NCBI GenBank assembly: GCA_963575745.1 | Contig: CAUYUJ010000191.1 | Location: forward strand, 1-64,000 | Length of the DNA stretch: 64,000 nucleotides | Reading direction: 5' to 3' | Source: Prorocentrum cordatum | Lineage: Eukaryota | In this document: piece after piece, positions 22,374-35,574 of the stretch | How positions within the stretch are numbered: position 1 is the stretch's first letter | Layout of the letters: the number at the start of each line of letters is the position of its first letter | The notes under the pieces: generated by a model | What the model saw: only the letters and a program-made list of their open reading frames with translations | Databases searched by the model: none | What the model was told of the DNA's origin: nothing | Translations under genes and position numbers: made by a program

Positions 22374-23876
22374 ATTCATAAACCCAGAGTCTTCGTATCT
22401 GCTCCCACTCTGTCACCTTGCCAGCCGACAAGGGGTTCCAAGAGGGGGTGCCCTGCTATGTACACCACGAGAGTGACATGATTTCGAGGTCTTCCTTTTG
22501 TTTTTTTCACCATGAAGCGTCTCCGCCGTCCTTGCAAAACGCGTTGCAGGAAAGCGACGCGCATCGCGCGCGACGTGCCAAAATGTCGCTCTCGCCTCAG
22601 CGACGCCACTTCGTCGAGCGCGCGCGCGCGCGCGAGCGAAACGTAGTTCTCGCCCAGGTGCCGCGCAGACTTCGCCCGACGGAGGCGCTCCTGCCTGGGC
22701 GCGGCGTATGTTTTTTGGGCTCGCCCTGCCGTTGGAAGCGGGGCCGCGCCCGCGATAGCGAAAAGATGCTATCAATTTCGCGGAGGTCGTTCGCAAGTTG
22801 GGCCCTCCCCCGTGGTGCGGCGTGCGTACGTTGGTTGAGCGGAAGGGGTGGTGCAGTGCAGACCCATGTCAAGAAACGCCCTGCTTGCCTCCAGGCTGCC
22901 CTGGGTTTCTTGGGTTTCGATTGTTCTGCTATGGAAAGCGTAACGTTCCCACACCGGAAATCAGTGGACGTCCTGGGGTCTCAGGATTGTGTTTCTTGCG
23001 GAAGGTTTCTTGTGGTCGAGCCCCTACTGTACTAGTCAGTACAGCGGAAAGCCACCTTGTGCGTGGTAATGGCGGACTTTCCGCGATGCTCTGCAGCGCT
23101 GTCGCCAAAGCCTCCGGGGTCCCGGCGGCCTGCCCCTTGAGAGCACTGTGCGACTGGGGCATTGACCCGCCAGATGCTCGCAGCGGCCCGCTGAATCCGA
23201 ACGCATGTGCGGTGATGATTGAGGATCGAACTACGCGCACCCATACCCGTAGGGGGGACGGATGGGGGCTATGGGTGCGTGTTGTTAGATGGGGGCCCTC
23301 GTTCGAACAGGAGCCTGCCCCAGGGTCCGACAGCCCGCGCCCATACCCATAGCCAGTCCTCCTCTCTCCGACCCTCCTATGGGTACGGGCGTGTGTCGTT
23401 CGTTCGTCAATGATGGTGGTGAAGCTGGAGGGAACGGGTGCTTCAAGTTCACATCAACCTATCGATCCTATGATTCTCGCGCGAGTTGTAGCTGAAGTTG
23501 AGGCAGCTTCTCCCTGCTCGACACTGAGCGAGGGATCTGCGGTCGAAACCGCCACCATTCACTGCCCTTTGACTGCGCCGCCGCCCCATTTGCCAGGAAG
23601 CCCCGGCCTCGCTCCCGCCCGCGTGCTCTGTCAGAGCGGGCCGCTGCCCTTCTCTTCCTTGGTTCAAGGGCATAGAAATCGCCCCTACCCTGGTTTACGA
23701 GGCGCTGTGCGCTGAAACTCCTGTGGGCTGACAGGGTAAACCGTAAACCCTGCGTGATGTGCCGCGTCCTGGCGGCTCTAGGCTTTGGGGGTTCCCAGGA
23801 GGCTTACAGACCACGCACTTGTAACCTAGGGTAGGGTCGTTTTTTCATCCGCCAGATTGGGCCCGCTTGCCGGCAG

Positions 23877-23926
23877 GTACTCCCATCGGCTTCGAGGATT
23901 TCCTGGACGCCATCACCGCCAAGCTG
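23877..23926 (+). CDS. Centrin (caltractin) exon, end of EF-hand 2: (G)TPIGFEDFLDAITAKL
   Basis: CAG|G acceptor and CTG|GC donor; joins in frame to 24959. Confidence 0.9.
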
Positions 23927-24082
23927 GCGCGCAGCGCGCGCCCCGCGCCGTGCCGCCGGCGCATTCGGAGGGCTGCCGCCGCGCCTGCTGCTGTTGCTGC
24001 TGCTGCCGCTGCCGCCGCCCCGGCCTCCTGCAGCCCCACTGGCGACGAGAGAGAGAGCAGTAAAACGAGACTGAGCACGACC

Positions 24083-24242
24083 TTCAGGAGGGAAAAAGCA
24101 CACACAGACACAATTAATCGTCGATTCCCCAGAAAATATAGGAAAATATGGCAAGTGGGGGGGGGGGGAGACAAAAGACCCAGAAAATACTGGAAAATAT
24201 GGGGAGTCTTTTTATTTGTGTCTACTGATTTGTGTGTCCCAG
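24083..24242. mobile_element. AT-rich ~155-bp dispersed repeat (MITE-like); second copy at ~42848-43000
   Basis: TTCAGGAGG..ACACACAGACACAATTAAT..CCCAGAAAATA..GGAAAATATGG..ATTTGTGTGTCCCAG occurs in both copies. Confidence 0.8.
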
Positions 24243-24958
24243 TTCCCCTTCAAACCTCTCGGACGATGGCGCACGGTCGTTCCGCCGGCGCGCCGGACCC
24301 TCTCCCCGCCCCTCGTGTTCGGCGCAGCCCTTCTGCGCGCTTTGCGCGCCGTGTGTGTGTGTGTGTGTGTGTGCGTGTGTGTGTGTGTGTGTGCGTGTGC
24401 GCGTGTTTTGATTTGTTTGTGTCTGTACGCTTGTTTTGAATTTGTTTATCCAATGTTTGCCCTCTTGTTTTCAGGGGAAGGCCAGACGGCTGGTGCCGCT
24501 GACCCTGCTCGCGGGACCTCCCCCAGGACCTCCGATGGCGACCACCCTCAGGACCTTCCGGAGCCCCGGGGGGGCGGTATTCTGATCTGGGAGCCCCCCC
24601 CCCACACCTCGCACCCTGCCGCCCCAGGGATCCCCCCACCCCCCGGGCGGGGAAGGGATCAAAGGGAAAGGGCTTTCCTTCGACTGAAGTGCGGCGTTCC
24701 TCAATGTCCCTGTGGCTGCTGGCGGTTGTTGAGGAGGGCCCAGGGAAACAGCAGAGTGCGACAACGGCGACGACGACGACGACGACGGCGACGGGGCGGC
24801 GACGGCGACGGCGACGGCGACGACGAGTCAAACGGTACAGCGTCTCCCACGCCGACGGGTTCGGCGGGTTAAATGTCTTTGTTCTTCCTCTCCCTCCTCC
24901 TTCCGTCCTCTCCCTCCTCCCTTCTTGCATATACCACCGCATCTCCGCGCCGCCGCAG

Positions 24959-25023
24959 GGGGACAAAGAGACGCGCGCGGGCATCTACAAGATCTTCGAC
25001 CTCTTCGACGACGACAAGTCGGG
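24959..25023 (+). CDS. Centrin exon, EF-hand 3: GDKETRAGIYKIFDLFDDDKS(G)
   Basis: CAG|G acceptor and GG|GA donor; FDDDKSG is a calcium-loop motif. Confidence 0.92.
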
Positions 25024-25072
25024 GACTCCCTTCTGTCCGCTTGCCTGGGTCGCCACGGCGGAAAAGCTGAGT

Positions 25073-25162
25073 CAGGAGGGAGGAGGAGGAGGAGGAGGAG
25101 GAGGAGGAGGAGGAGGAGGAGGAGGAGGAGGAGGAGGAGGAGGAGGAGGAGGAGGAGGAGGA
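25073..25162. repeat. (GGA)n microsatellite
   Basis: Pure run; similar GGA/TCC runs are scattered through the window. Confidence 0.95.
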
Positions 25163-25769
25163 AGAGTAATTATTTGGAGGGGCAGGAGGATATTCATAGG
25201 CGATGTGGAGGGGGAGGAGGAGGGAGGAGGGAGGAGATCGTCGAAACGCTGGGGACCACAGGGCTTCCCTGGGCACTCTCGCCGAGCCTGTGGCCGGAAG
25301 GGGTTCGACCCTCCTGGGGTAGGGTGATTGATGGAGGCGTTTGCTTTGTCACCCCAGCCTCCTTTCCCTCGCCCCTGCTCCCCCTCGCCCGCGAGGGAGG
25401 ATGGGATGTGGGGCTGGTGGGACCATATTGGTGTGCAAAGACGGTCTGGCAGGCGAGCCAGGAGCCGACCGACTCCCACCTCCCTCCTTTTCCCCCTTCC
25501 TTCCACCCAGTCGTTACGGGCGCCTCTGGGTGATCCCATGCAGAAGGCAGAACCAAGAATTCCCTGCTCCCTCCACGTTGTCCACCTCGTCGTCCTCGCC
25601 ATCCTCATCCTTGTCCTACTCGTCGTTCTCGTCATCCTCGCCCTCTGTTTCATGGTCGCCGTCGCCGTTGTCGTCGTCGTCGTGGACACTGTCGCCGCTA
25701 AGATCCGCGACCATTCGACTCACGAGGGAGCTCCCGGTGTGCGAAGCTACGTGTATTTCGGGAGGAGGG

Positions 25770-25776
25770 TGATGAC

Positions 25777-25859
<83 letters not shown>

Positions 25860-25953
25860 GGATGAGGATGAGGATGAGGATGAGGATGATGATGGTGCTG
25901 CTGATGATGATGCTGCTGATGATGATGATCATGATGATGATGAGGATGATGAT

Positions 25954-25996
<43 letters not shown>

Positions 25997-26168
25997 TTGA
26001 TGATGATGATTCTGATGATGCTGATGATGATTATGATGATGATGATTCTGATGATGCTGATGATGCTGCTGCTGCTGATTATGATGCTGATGATGATGAT
26101 GCTGATGTGGAGGATGATGCTGATGATGCTGATGATGCTGATGAGGATGACGATGATGATGCTGATTG

Positions 26169-26215
<47 letters not shown>

Positions 26216-26461
26216 CTGATGATGATGATGCTGCTGATGATGATGATGGAGAAGACGAAGGTGGTGGGGATGGCTGCTGTTGCTGACTATGATGTTGATC
26301 ATGCGGATTATGCCGAATGTGATGATGACGATGATGATGATTATTATGCTACCGAGGTCAATGATGCTGCTGATGTTTTTGATGATGATGATGATGATGA
26401 CTATGATGAGGATGATGATGCTGATGCTGCTGATGATGATGACGATGATGATGATGATGAC

Positions 26462-26498
<37 letters not shown>

Positions 26499-26794
26499 GT
26501 GATACTGATGACGAATGTGGTGGAGATGCTGCTACTGATGATGATGATGCTGTTGATGACGACGATGATGATAATGCTGACGATGCTGCTGATGATGATG
26601 ATCATGCTGATCCTGATGAAGATGATGATGATGATGAGGATGACGATGATGCTGATGATGTTGATATTGATGCTGATGATGATGATGGCGATAATCATGC
26701 TACTTATGCTGATGATGACGATTCTGATGACGCTGCCGCTGATGATGATGAAGGTGGTATGATGCTGCTCATGATGATGATGCTGATGATGATT

Positions 26795-26825
<31 letters not shown>

Positions 26826-27379
26826 CTTTGATTATGGGTATGGTGATGCTGATGCTGATGGTGGTATGGTGATGTTGCTGCTGCTGATGATGCTGCTGAT
26901 GATGATGATGATGATGATGATGTTGATGATGACTCTTATAATGCTGCTTATGCTGATGATGCTGCTGCTGATGATTATGCCTCGGCTGATGCGGATGCTG
27001 ATGACGAGGAATAGAAACATGAAGCCGAATGCAACTACGACGATGCTGCTGATGATGATACTGCTGATGTTGCTGATGATGCTGATGATGATAATGATGC
27101 TGATGATGATGATGAGGATGATGATGATGGTGATGGTGCTGCTGCTGATGCTGATGATGATGATGATGATGATGATGCTGATGATGATGATGATGATGAT
27201 GATGATGCAGCTTATGGTGCTGATGATGCTGATGATGCTGATGATGATGCTGGTGATGGTGAGGGTGATGACGATGATGATGATGCTGATGCTGCTGCTG
27301 CTGCCAATGATGATGCTGATGATGCTGATGATGAGGAGGAGGATGGTGACGATGAGGATGCAGATGATGGTGCTGAATC

Positions 27380-27435
<56 letters not shown>

Positions 27436-27558
27436 AACGATGACGATGATGATGATGATGATGATGAGGATGAGGATGAGGATGAGGATGATGATGATGA
27501 TGATGCTGCTATGATGATGATGATGATTATGATGCAGATGAGGATGAGGATGAGGATG

Positions 27559-27602
<44 letters not shown>

Positions 27603-27636
27603 GATGATGATGATGCTGCTGATGATGATGATGATT

Positions 27637-27669
<33 letters not shown>

Positions 27670-27933
27670 CTGATGATGATGATGATGACTTTGATTATGG
27701 GTATGGTGATGATGATGCTGATGGTGGTATGGTGATGTTGCTGCTGCTGCTGATGATGATGATGATGGTGATGTGGATGATGACTCTTATAATGCTGCTT
27801 ATGCTGATGATGTTGCTGCTGATGATTATGACTCGGCTGATGCGGATGCTGATGACGAGGAATAGAAACATGACGCCGAATGCAACTACGACGATGCCGC
27901 TGATGATGATACTGCTGATGATGATGCGGATGC

Positions 27934-27969
<36 letters not shown>

Positions 27970-28333
27970 GGATGATGATGATGATGATGATGGTGATGTT
28001 GCTGCTGCTGATGCTGATGATGATGATGATGATGCAGCTGATGGTGCTGATGCTGCTGATGATGATGATGATGCTGGTGATGGTCAGGGTGATGACGATG
28101 ATGATGATGCTGATGCTGCTGCTGCTGCCGATGATGCTGATGATGCTGATGCTGAGGAGGAGGATGGTGACGATGAGGACGCAGATGATGGTGCTGAATC
28201 ATGATGATGATGCTGATGCTGCTGATGATGATGAGGATCAGGATGATGATGATGATGATGATGCTGATGATGATGATGATGATGATGATGAGGATGCTGA
28301 TGATGATGATGATGATGCTGATGATGATGATGC

Positions 28334-28414
<81 letters not shown>

Positions 28415-28440
28415 GATGATGATGGTGATGATGAAGATGA
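25770..28440. repeat. Interrupted (GAT)n microsatellite field with internal ~860-bp duplication
   Basis: GACTTTGATTATGGGTATGG at 26825 and ~27687; GAGGAATAGAAACATGA at 27006 and 27857. Confidence 0.95.
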
Positions 28441-28499
28441 ACATGGAGGACGCGGAAGAGGAGGAGGAGGAGAAGGAGGAGGAGGAGGAGGAGGAGGAG

Positions 28500-28775
28500 A
28501 CGGTGGGTTGCTTGGGCTGTGGTCGAAGTGTCTCGATTATGGACAGGCTCATCGCCCACCGTTGCACTGGATGCCCTGCCGTCCCTGTCAGGGCCCACCC
28601 GTTTCACAAGCCGTGGTGGGCGGGATCTGTCATGAGCGGCATGGCCTGGTGTTCTGCCTGCGGGACTCACGGTGCCGGGCAGGCCCTTACGATCGGCGAG
28701 ATTGGCCAGGCGCCGACAGCTTGGGGCCTTCGATCTGCCAAGTCGTTGAGGACAGGAAACAAGGATCCTTCCAGC
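28500..28775 (+). mobile_element. Probable decayed C-terminal Cys/His region of a non-LTR retrotransposon ORF
   Basis: CLGCG...C...HPFHKPWWAGSVMSGMAWCSACGTHG...PTAWGLRSAKSLRTG; paired CxxCG motifs. Assignment is by pattern recall only. Confidence 0.5.
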
Positions 28776-30799
28776 AGGCGGCGGCCCCTCCCACGCGCCT
28801 TCCCTGTCCCCGTCCCTCTCTCATGTCGGGACCCCGTCGAGGTGGCTGCCCAGCTGGTGGGCCCAGGCACTCACTGGCGGGCGGGCGCGGCCTCGCGAGG
28901 CTGCGCCCTCCCTTGAGGCATGCAGGCATGTATGAGGAGGAGGAGGAGGAGGAGGAGGAGGAGGAGGAGGAGGAGGAGGAGGAGGAGGAGGATAATTGGC
29001 CTCGCGAGCAAGGGGTTGGGCCGTTGGTGCAGCCTTTCAATAAGGCAGGTGGCTCTGTAGACTGGCCCAGAGGCTTCTAATGCTTCTCAGGTGGCGGATG
29101 GGCTTCTAAGAGCCCCCTGCCTTCTTGGAAGGCTCCCCCTCGTTCCACCCACTGTGCGCCGCCACGAGGAGGAAGGTGCCAGGATTCTCGTGGGGGTTTC
29201 GGAGAGGTTGTTTGGGAATTCTGGTGGGTTCTGGGGGCTTCTGGGAGGGAGGAGGACGAGGAGGAGGACAAGCAGGAGGACCAAGGACCAGAGTAAACTC
29301 AAGATGAACCAACGATGCTGCAATATAACCTCCCGCCCCAAGTTCCTTCCTCGTAAGTCCATACTGGCCTTCATTTTCACTACAAGAAGCGTCTGACAAA
29401 CAAGCGCCCAGTGGGCCTGCAATTGAGGCGAGAGCACCGTTTTGAAAAGGAACTGTCTTAAGGAAGCGCCCCCCATCCGTGTCAATATTGCGCAAGTTTA
29501 CGCTCCTGGTCAGGAAATTTGAAGAAACCCCGGGTGTCAGCCTTATTTCTGAACAGGCGCCGCTCTGCATCCGTGTTGCTGTTGCACACGTTGACGCGCG
29601 TAGTTGTTTTTTTGCAACGGAGTTCTCAGACGAGAGCCCCATTTTGAAAACGAATTGGCCTCCATTCGTGAACCTGCTGCACATTCGTACGCTGGCTGTA
29701 ATTACTTACGGGGGAATCTCAGGCGAGCGTCCTATTTCGAACAAGTTTCGATCGAACTAATGCTCAAACATTTTTGCTGGTGATCTGTGAAGCTTCAGGA
29801 TCGCAGTTTGCAAGGAAGTCTCAGGGGAACTGCCCAGGTCGGCCTACGGACACGTCTGGTGCGACAGGAGGGAGGAGTTATTTTGAAGGACGTGGGACGG
29901 AGGAGGAGGAGGAGGAGGAGGAGGAGGAGGAGGAGGAGGAGGCGGAGGAGGAGGGGAGGAGGAGGAGCAGGAGAGGAGGAGGAGGGGCGGAGGAGGAGGA
30001 GAGGAGGGAGGAGTTATCCAGAAGGAGATCTGGAAGGCGTGCACGGAGCGCAGAAGGAGGAGGAGGAGGAGACAGCGAGCCTGCTCCTCCGACCACGGCG
30101 GGGCCTCCGCCGCCCCCCCCCCCCCCTACCCCGCGGCGGGCCGGCGCCTCGAGGCCCCGGCCGCGTGCGCTGCGCCGGGCTCCCTCCAGCGCCGCGCGGG
30201 GGGGGGCGCCCGAGGGTCGGCGCCGCTGCTCCTCCTCCTCCTCCTCCTCCTCCTCCCCTCCTCCTCTTCGTCCTCCTCTCTCTCTCCTCTTCGTCCTCCT
30301 CCTCCTCCTCTTCGTCGTCCTCCTCCTCCTCCTCCTCCTCCTCCTGCACGCTGCGCGCTGCACGAGTCCAGGTCGACCGACGGCCCTGCCTGAACAAGAC
30401 TCCCGCACCGTGTCGAAAGCTGGGCGAGGGCTGCTAAAACCGTGGCTGCTGAAACGGCCCTCCCGGAAGGATAAAACAACTTCCCAGAATTGGGCGCGGC
30501 ACGCGAAACAGTCAACGGGCTTCTTCCCGGAAGGACGAAGACAACTTCCAAGAGGTCGATTTTAGCAGCCACGGATTTAGCTAGCAGCCCTTGCCCGGCT
30601 TCCGACCGTGGCCTCGAAAGGACGTCCTTGCGTCCTCAACGGCAAGGTGTGATCTAGAGGGTGTGGGGGTGAAAGGCAGCTGCGGAGCCGAGGACGAAAA
30701 GAGGGGCCAGGGGTCAGAGATCTTCTGTCCAGCACCTCCTGGAATAATGCCCTACCAAAATCTCCTCAGATCTGACTTGGATGTGGGTTTTGGGCGACA

Positions 30800-31730
30800 C
30801 GGGCCGAGGAGCTTCCATCGACGGAGGAATATCAAAACACTTTGCATTCGCAAGCTGCCTGGCCCCTCGTCTGTGGCACACTTGGCACACTTGGCACACC
30901 CAGTTCACACCATCCCACACCGGAGTATGTGGTCGCGGAGGGGCGGAAAAGGCAATAGATTTTCGTACCCTGGGCAACTCCCCAAATCTATTTGAGGGGG
31001 GCCACAAGGTCAGAATTTGGAGCTTGTTCTCTGGAACTTGCCTGTACAGCTTACGTGCATCATTAAATGCCTTGAGGTCCGCATTGCACATGTTGTTGCC
31101 ACGAGCTGCTTTCTTAGCTTCACGGTCCGCCCACGCGTTGCCTCGGATATCGCATAGCTCTAAAAGCCTCTCAGCGTCAGACTCCGAACGGTGTCCCTTG
31201 ACCTTGACAGCATACGTGGGCCTGCCAGCTATCCTCCAATAGCCAGCATGTGCTGCCGAGTGACGCTTGGCTTGCAGGAGATGGGCCGCTCCCCAGATCA
31301 CGGCTTGGCAGTCCGCGTGCAAGATCCCCGATGCGATGCAGGGCTGCGCTGCTTCCCACCCTCCGAAGACCTCCGGAAACCTCAAGGGGACTCCCCCTCC
31401 TCCCCTCCTGCTCCTCCAGGCGTCGACCAGATCGGGCCGGAGTGCGTGCACGCCCCCGGTCCCGCCGCATGATGCGGCGGGACCGCGTTTGCCGTCGCCG
31501 ATGCATCGGCGATGCCATCGCCCATGCATCTGCGGTGCGGCGGGATCCGCGATTTTTCCAGTTTCCAGCGTCGCCGGCGCATCCTCGGTGCAACGGCGAT
31601 TTTGTGGTCCAGTCTGCTCTCCAACCCCATGCAGGATGCCCCTGGACTGCTGGGGCTGAGACGCTGCCTGATTGCAGTTGAGCCCCCAGCCAAGAGCGGC
31701 CGGAGGCGTACGACTGCCTTGATCGTCGTC
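30800..31730 (-). mobile_element. Non-LTR retrotransposon fragment: RNase H domain plus downstream Cys/His motif, interrupted by a ~280-bp insert
   Basis: Minus strand reads AALGWG...GILHGVGEQT, [insert ~31323-31600], LHADCQAV...YW...KVKGH...GNAWADREAKKAA, then H..W...WVCQVC. These are RNase HI-family motifs. Confidence 0.82.
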
Positions 31731-31800
31731 GTCTGCCCGACCGCATAGGAGGCCTGCGCAGCAGGACTTCGCTGCGGTTTCTCTGCGCACCGCCCCGCAG

Positions 31801-31864
31801 GAAGATCACGCTGAAGAACTTGAAGCGCGTGTCTAAGGAGCTGGGCGAGACGATGACGGACGAG
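31801..31864 (+). CDS. Centrin exon: (G)KITLKNLKRVSKELGETMTDE
   Basis: CAG|G acceptor and GAG|GA donor; NLKRVxKELGE is the centrin signature. Confidence 0.93.
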
Positions 31865-32859
31865 GACGCCTCGCCCGTTCCCTGACATTCTTCAGTTTGG
31901 GTGTTGCGAGGACAAAAAGTAATACTGGAATTTCCACTTGTTCGGGTCCCAGGGCCCTCAAGGATAGGGACATATCGTATTGAGATGGTGTCGAGGGACC
32001 TCGGGCCGTTTCCTGTTTGGTCTTCACGACGTCGTAGCACAAAAACAATATATATACATTGTCGGACGTCGGGGTTCGTGATCCCTAGGCGGTTTCTTTC
32101 GACCGCTGCGCCAGGGCGGAGGCTCACTGACGTGGGCGACCCTCGTTCTAGATGTAATCGCGCTCATCCTCCCTCTCTTCCCCTCCTCCCTCTTTTCCTT
32201 CTCGTTTTCCTCCTCCCTCTTCCTTCTCCCTCCTCTCTCCGGTCTGCCCTCCCCCTCCCGTCCCTCTCCCATCTCCCTTCCTCCTCCTCCTCCTCCTCCT
32301 CCCTTCCCTTTCTCTCCCTCCCGCCCTTTCTCCTCCCAACTGTCCCCCCTCCCCTCCCCTCGCCTCCGTCCCTCCTCTCCAGAAGGGGACTGCCTCGTTT
32401 CGAGGGGGCTGCAGCGGCCCTCTGGCCGCGCCCCCCCCCCTGTTTCTCCTCATCCAGCGCGTCTCCACAAGGGAGGGTGACACCTCCTCCTCCTCCTCCC
32501 CCACCTCCTCCTTCACGTCCTCCACTTCCTCTTCTCCCTCGTCCCCATCAGCGTGACTGATGGCGAGCAGGACCGACAGGCAAGTCTTGCTCAATCTGAG
32601 GCCAAGGCCTCCACACCGTGCGCGGATGGACGGGCTCCCCAGCAGGGCGCACGCGCGACTCCGGCGCTCGGCCCGGCTCTTCCTCGCACCGCCCCCGCGC
32701 TGCTCCGGGGAGTTACAGTCCAGGTGACTGCAGTCCAGGCTGCACTTCATTCTCTGCTGCATTGAGCCATGGTGCGAGAGCTTCGAAAAATGACGACGGC
32801 CAGATGTTGATGGTCATCGGACTCGAGAGAGCCCAGCCCGGCGCCTGAAGTCCACACGG

Positions 32860-33140
32860 CTGCGGGTGGGAACCCAGGTGGCTGGACACCTGGTGATGCC
32901 GCGCCCTGGCCCCCGAGCTGGCCGACTTGTGTGGCGGCCAGCGCTAGCAGTGCCAAGTCGGCCCGATAGCCCTGCCATTTTGTTCTGTGGCACAGCCGTC
33001 CACCACACCCGTCTGCTCTGTGCCGCCGGCTTCCTGCTAGCCTTTCCATTCGTGGCGCACCGCATGCCCAGATCGGCTCGCCGGTCGACCTCGTGTAGCA
33101 AGCTGCAGCCGAAGTCTTTGCCGACGAGCTCGCTGGCGAC
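32860..33140 (-). mobile_element. Possible highly decayed non-LTR C-terminal fragment
   Basis: GEPIWAC...RLC...TKWQG...L..L pattern, frameshifted; loosely similar to 28500-28775. Confidence 0.25.
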
Positions 33141-33319
33141 CGACTGACCTCGCAGCTTTGCGTGGTTGTGGCTGTCGCGGCATCTTGCGAACACCAACGT
33201 GGCCAGCGCACCGCAGGCCGCTGCTTTGTACGGCTGCCAGAATTCATGTGTGTCTGGAGTCAACCTGGAGTCACGCGACCCTGCAGAGGATGAGGCATAG
33301 AATGAAGCGGCGCGGGCCG

Positions 33320-35342
33320 ACTTGGGGTACTCTTGGGGGCTGGCTTGGAGCTATCTTGGAGGCCTCTTGGAGGCTTCTTGGGCCGTCGTGAAATGCATGA
33401 TTGCGGTGCTGATATGAATGCAGTGTAGCATAACGTGCAGGCGAGCAAGCAGCATGTGCGGATACTCCTGCGGAAGATTAAAGGCCTTTCCGTATCCATT
33501 TGGTTCAATCTTTTTCAGGGCTTTTGAGCTTGGGCGTTCGTCAGAGACATTCGCTTGCCTTGATAAGTCAAATACCTTCGCCGGTCTTTGCGCAGAGTGC
33601 CCCATCATTTGCATATCATAACCTTGCGGCTATCTTCGCTCACGAACCCCTCTTTGCAACGCTGGATCTGCAGCCGTCTTGGGCGGTCGGGAACCGGAAC
33701 AGGTGATCACTTCATAATCTATCAAACACTTAAGGAACATCAGCGGGTTTGGCCTCCTCGGACTCTCTAGGAGGGCCTCTTGGAGACCTCTCGGGCCGTC
33801 TTGGGGGCTTCTCGATATGTCTTGAGGCCTTCTTGGGGGCCTCCTCAGCCGTCGTGGGCCATCTTGAGCCATCTTGGCGTTATCTTGGCTGCCTTTAGCG
33901 CAGTCCTGGAGGCCATGAGGCTCCCAAGAAGGCCTCAAGACAGATTTAGAGGTCCCCGGGACGGCCGAAGAGGTCTCCAAGATGCCCTCCAGGAGAGTCC
34001 GAATCTGCCAAACCATTGATTTCCGCAGGTTTTTGTTGAAGGATTTTGACGTTCTGATATGTTCGGGTTCCCGACCGCCCGCGGCAGCCTGCGGGGCCTC
34101 TCTGGGCAGTGTTGACGCTCTCCTGGAGTGTTTCGCGGCTGTCTTGGGGCCTTCCTTTGGAGCCCTTTTGGGCGACCTTTGGGTTCTCTTGGGCCGACTT
34201 GGCGCCCTCTTGGGGGCCTTGTGCGCTGCCTTGGAGCTACAGTGGATGCCTCTTGGAAACCTCTCGGGCCGCCTTGGGCGCATCTTGAGCCGTTTTGTTG
34301 TCGTCATAGTTCTCTTGGAAACTGTCTTGGAGGCCATCTTGGCCGTCCTGGATCTCGTGGGAGGCCTCTCGGAGGCCTCTTGGAGACAGTTTTGAGGCCT
34401 CTTGGGGGCTGTTTCGGGGCCCCTCGGAGCCTTTTTTTGCGCCCCTTGGGGGTCTCTTGTGGCCTCTTGGGGGCTTCTTGAGGGCCTAGTGGGGCCTTCT
34501 GGGCGCCTCTTGGGGCGGAAGGCCAGGATTTTCGGTTCGTATTGTCTCTCCGTGGCCCCGTTTGGGGCCGCCTTGGGGCCCTCTTGGGCCGTTTTGGGCA
34601 CCTCTTGGGCCGTTTTGGGGCCCTCGTGGGCCGTTTTGGGGCCCTCTTGGAGGCCTCTTGGGCCGTCTTGGGGCTCTTGGGAGCCTCTAGGGACGTCTCG
34701 GAGCGTCGGGAAGCCGAAAAGGCGACAACCGAAGGAATATTAATGATTTTGGATTGTTGGGGCCCTCTTGGGAGGCCTCGTGGAGGCCTCTTTGGGCGTC
34801 TTATCCTGTGCCGTCATTGGGGGCCATCCTGAGCGTCTTGGAGCGATCGTTCGGCGACTCGGGGCCCTCTTGGACTGTCTTGGGGGGCCTCTTGGGGCCC
34901 TCTTGGCCCGTCTTGGGGTCCATCTCGGGCCCGAATCATTTATGCGACGACACGTCCCGGAGCCCAGGGGGCACGCGGGAAGCCCCTGAAGATTGGAGAG
35001 CGAAAGGGCCGAGCCCCTGAGAGACTCCTCGGGAGTGAGGATTGAGGCTCAGAGGACTGGGCCCAGGACCTGAGATACACTCCAGGCGATGCTTAAAAAA
35101 ACCCAAGTTTTCGGCCAGAGTCTCGATTATTCTTAATGTTTCAATGTAAATCCTAACATTTGAATAGACATTCTGGGTTTGATTTCAAATTCTGAGACTA
35201 TGAATTTCTTAACACATGATTTCTAAAGCATTTCGCAGGGTGTACGCCCACTCCGTGCCCAGAGCCACAGTGGCGGACCAAACCTCCCAATCAACAGACG
35301 AGCATTCCAACACGCCCACTCCGTGCAGGCACGGTGGCGGAT
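33320..35342. repeat. Composite TCTTGG-rich (reverse CCAAGA) repeat ending in two ACGCCCACTCCGTGC...GTGGCGGA terminal motifs
   Basis: Interior resembles 14750-15230 and the reverse complement of 1-5826. Terminal motifs lie at ~35245-35278 and ~35312-35342. Confidence 0.75.
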
Positions 35343-35574
35343 AGCTTCACACTTGCCCAGGTACGTGAAATACGATGGAGCACGGCAGATATCAGGTTGC
35401 AGCTTGCCTTGATGAAGTTGCGTTCGAATTGTCATGTATTCCTCATTCCCTCTTCCTTCCCTCCGTGATCCTTTGCATGAGCTGTTGCGCCCTGCGCAGC
35501 AAGGCCAGCGGGAGGTGGGGAGGTGGATTATGGGGATTGGGATCTGAGAAAGAGCGTGTTCTACCGCTGCTGGC

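Noticed and set aside
22895..22935. AALGFLGFD after a CAG, resembling centrin AAMxxLGF
   Set aside because: Short match, no convincing continuation, and codon usage unlike the confident exons.
25328..28916. Poly-Met/Asp/His/Ile ORFs
   Set aside because: Translations of the (GAT)n microsatellite; the same applies to 38604-41866.
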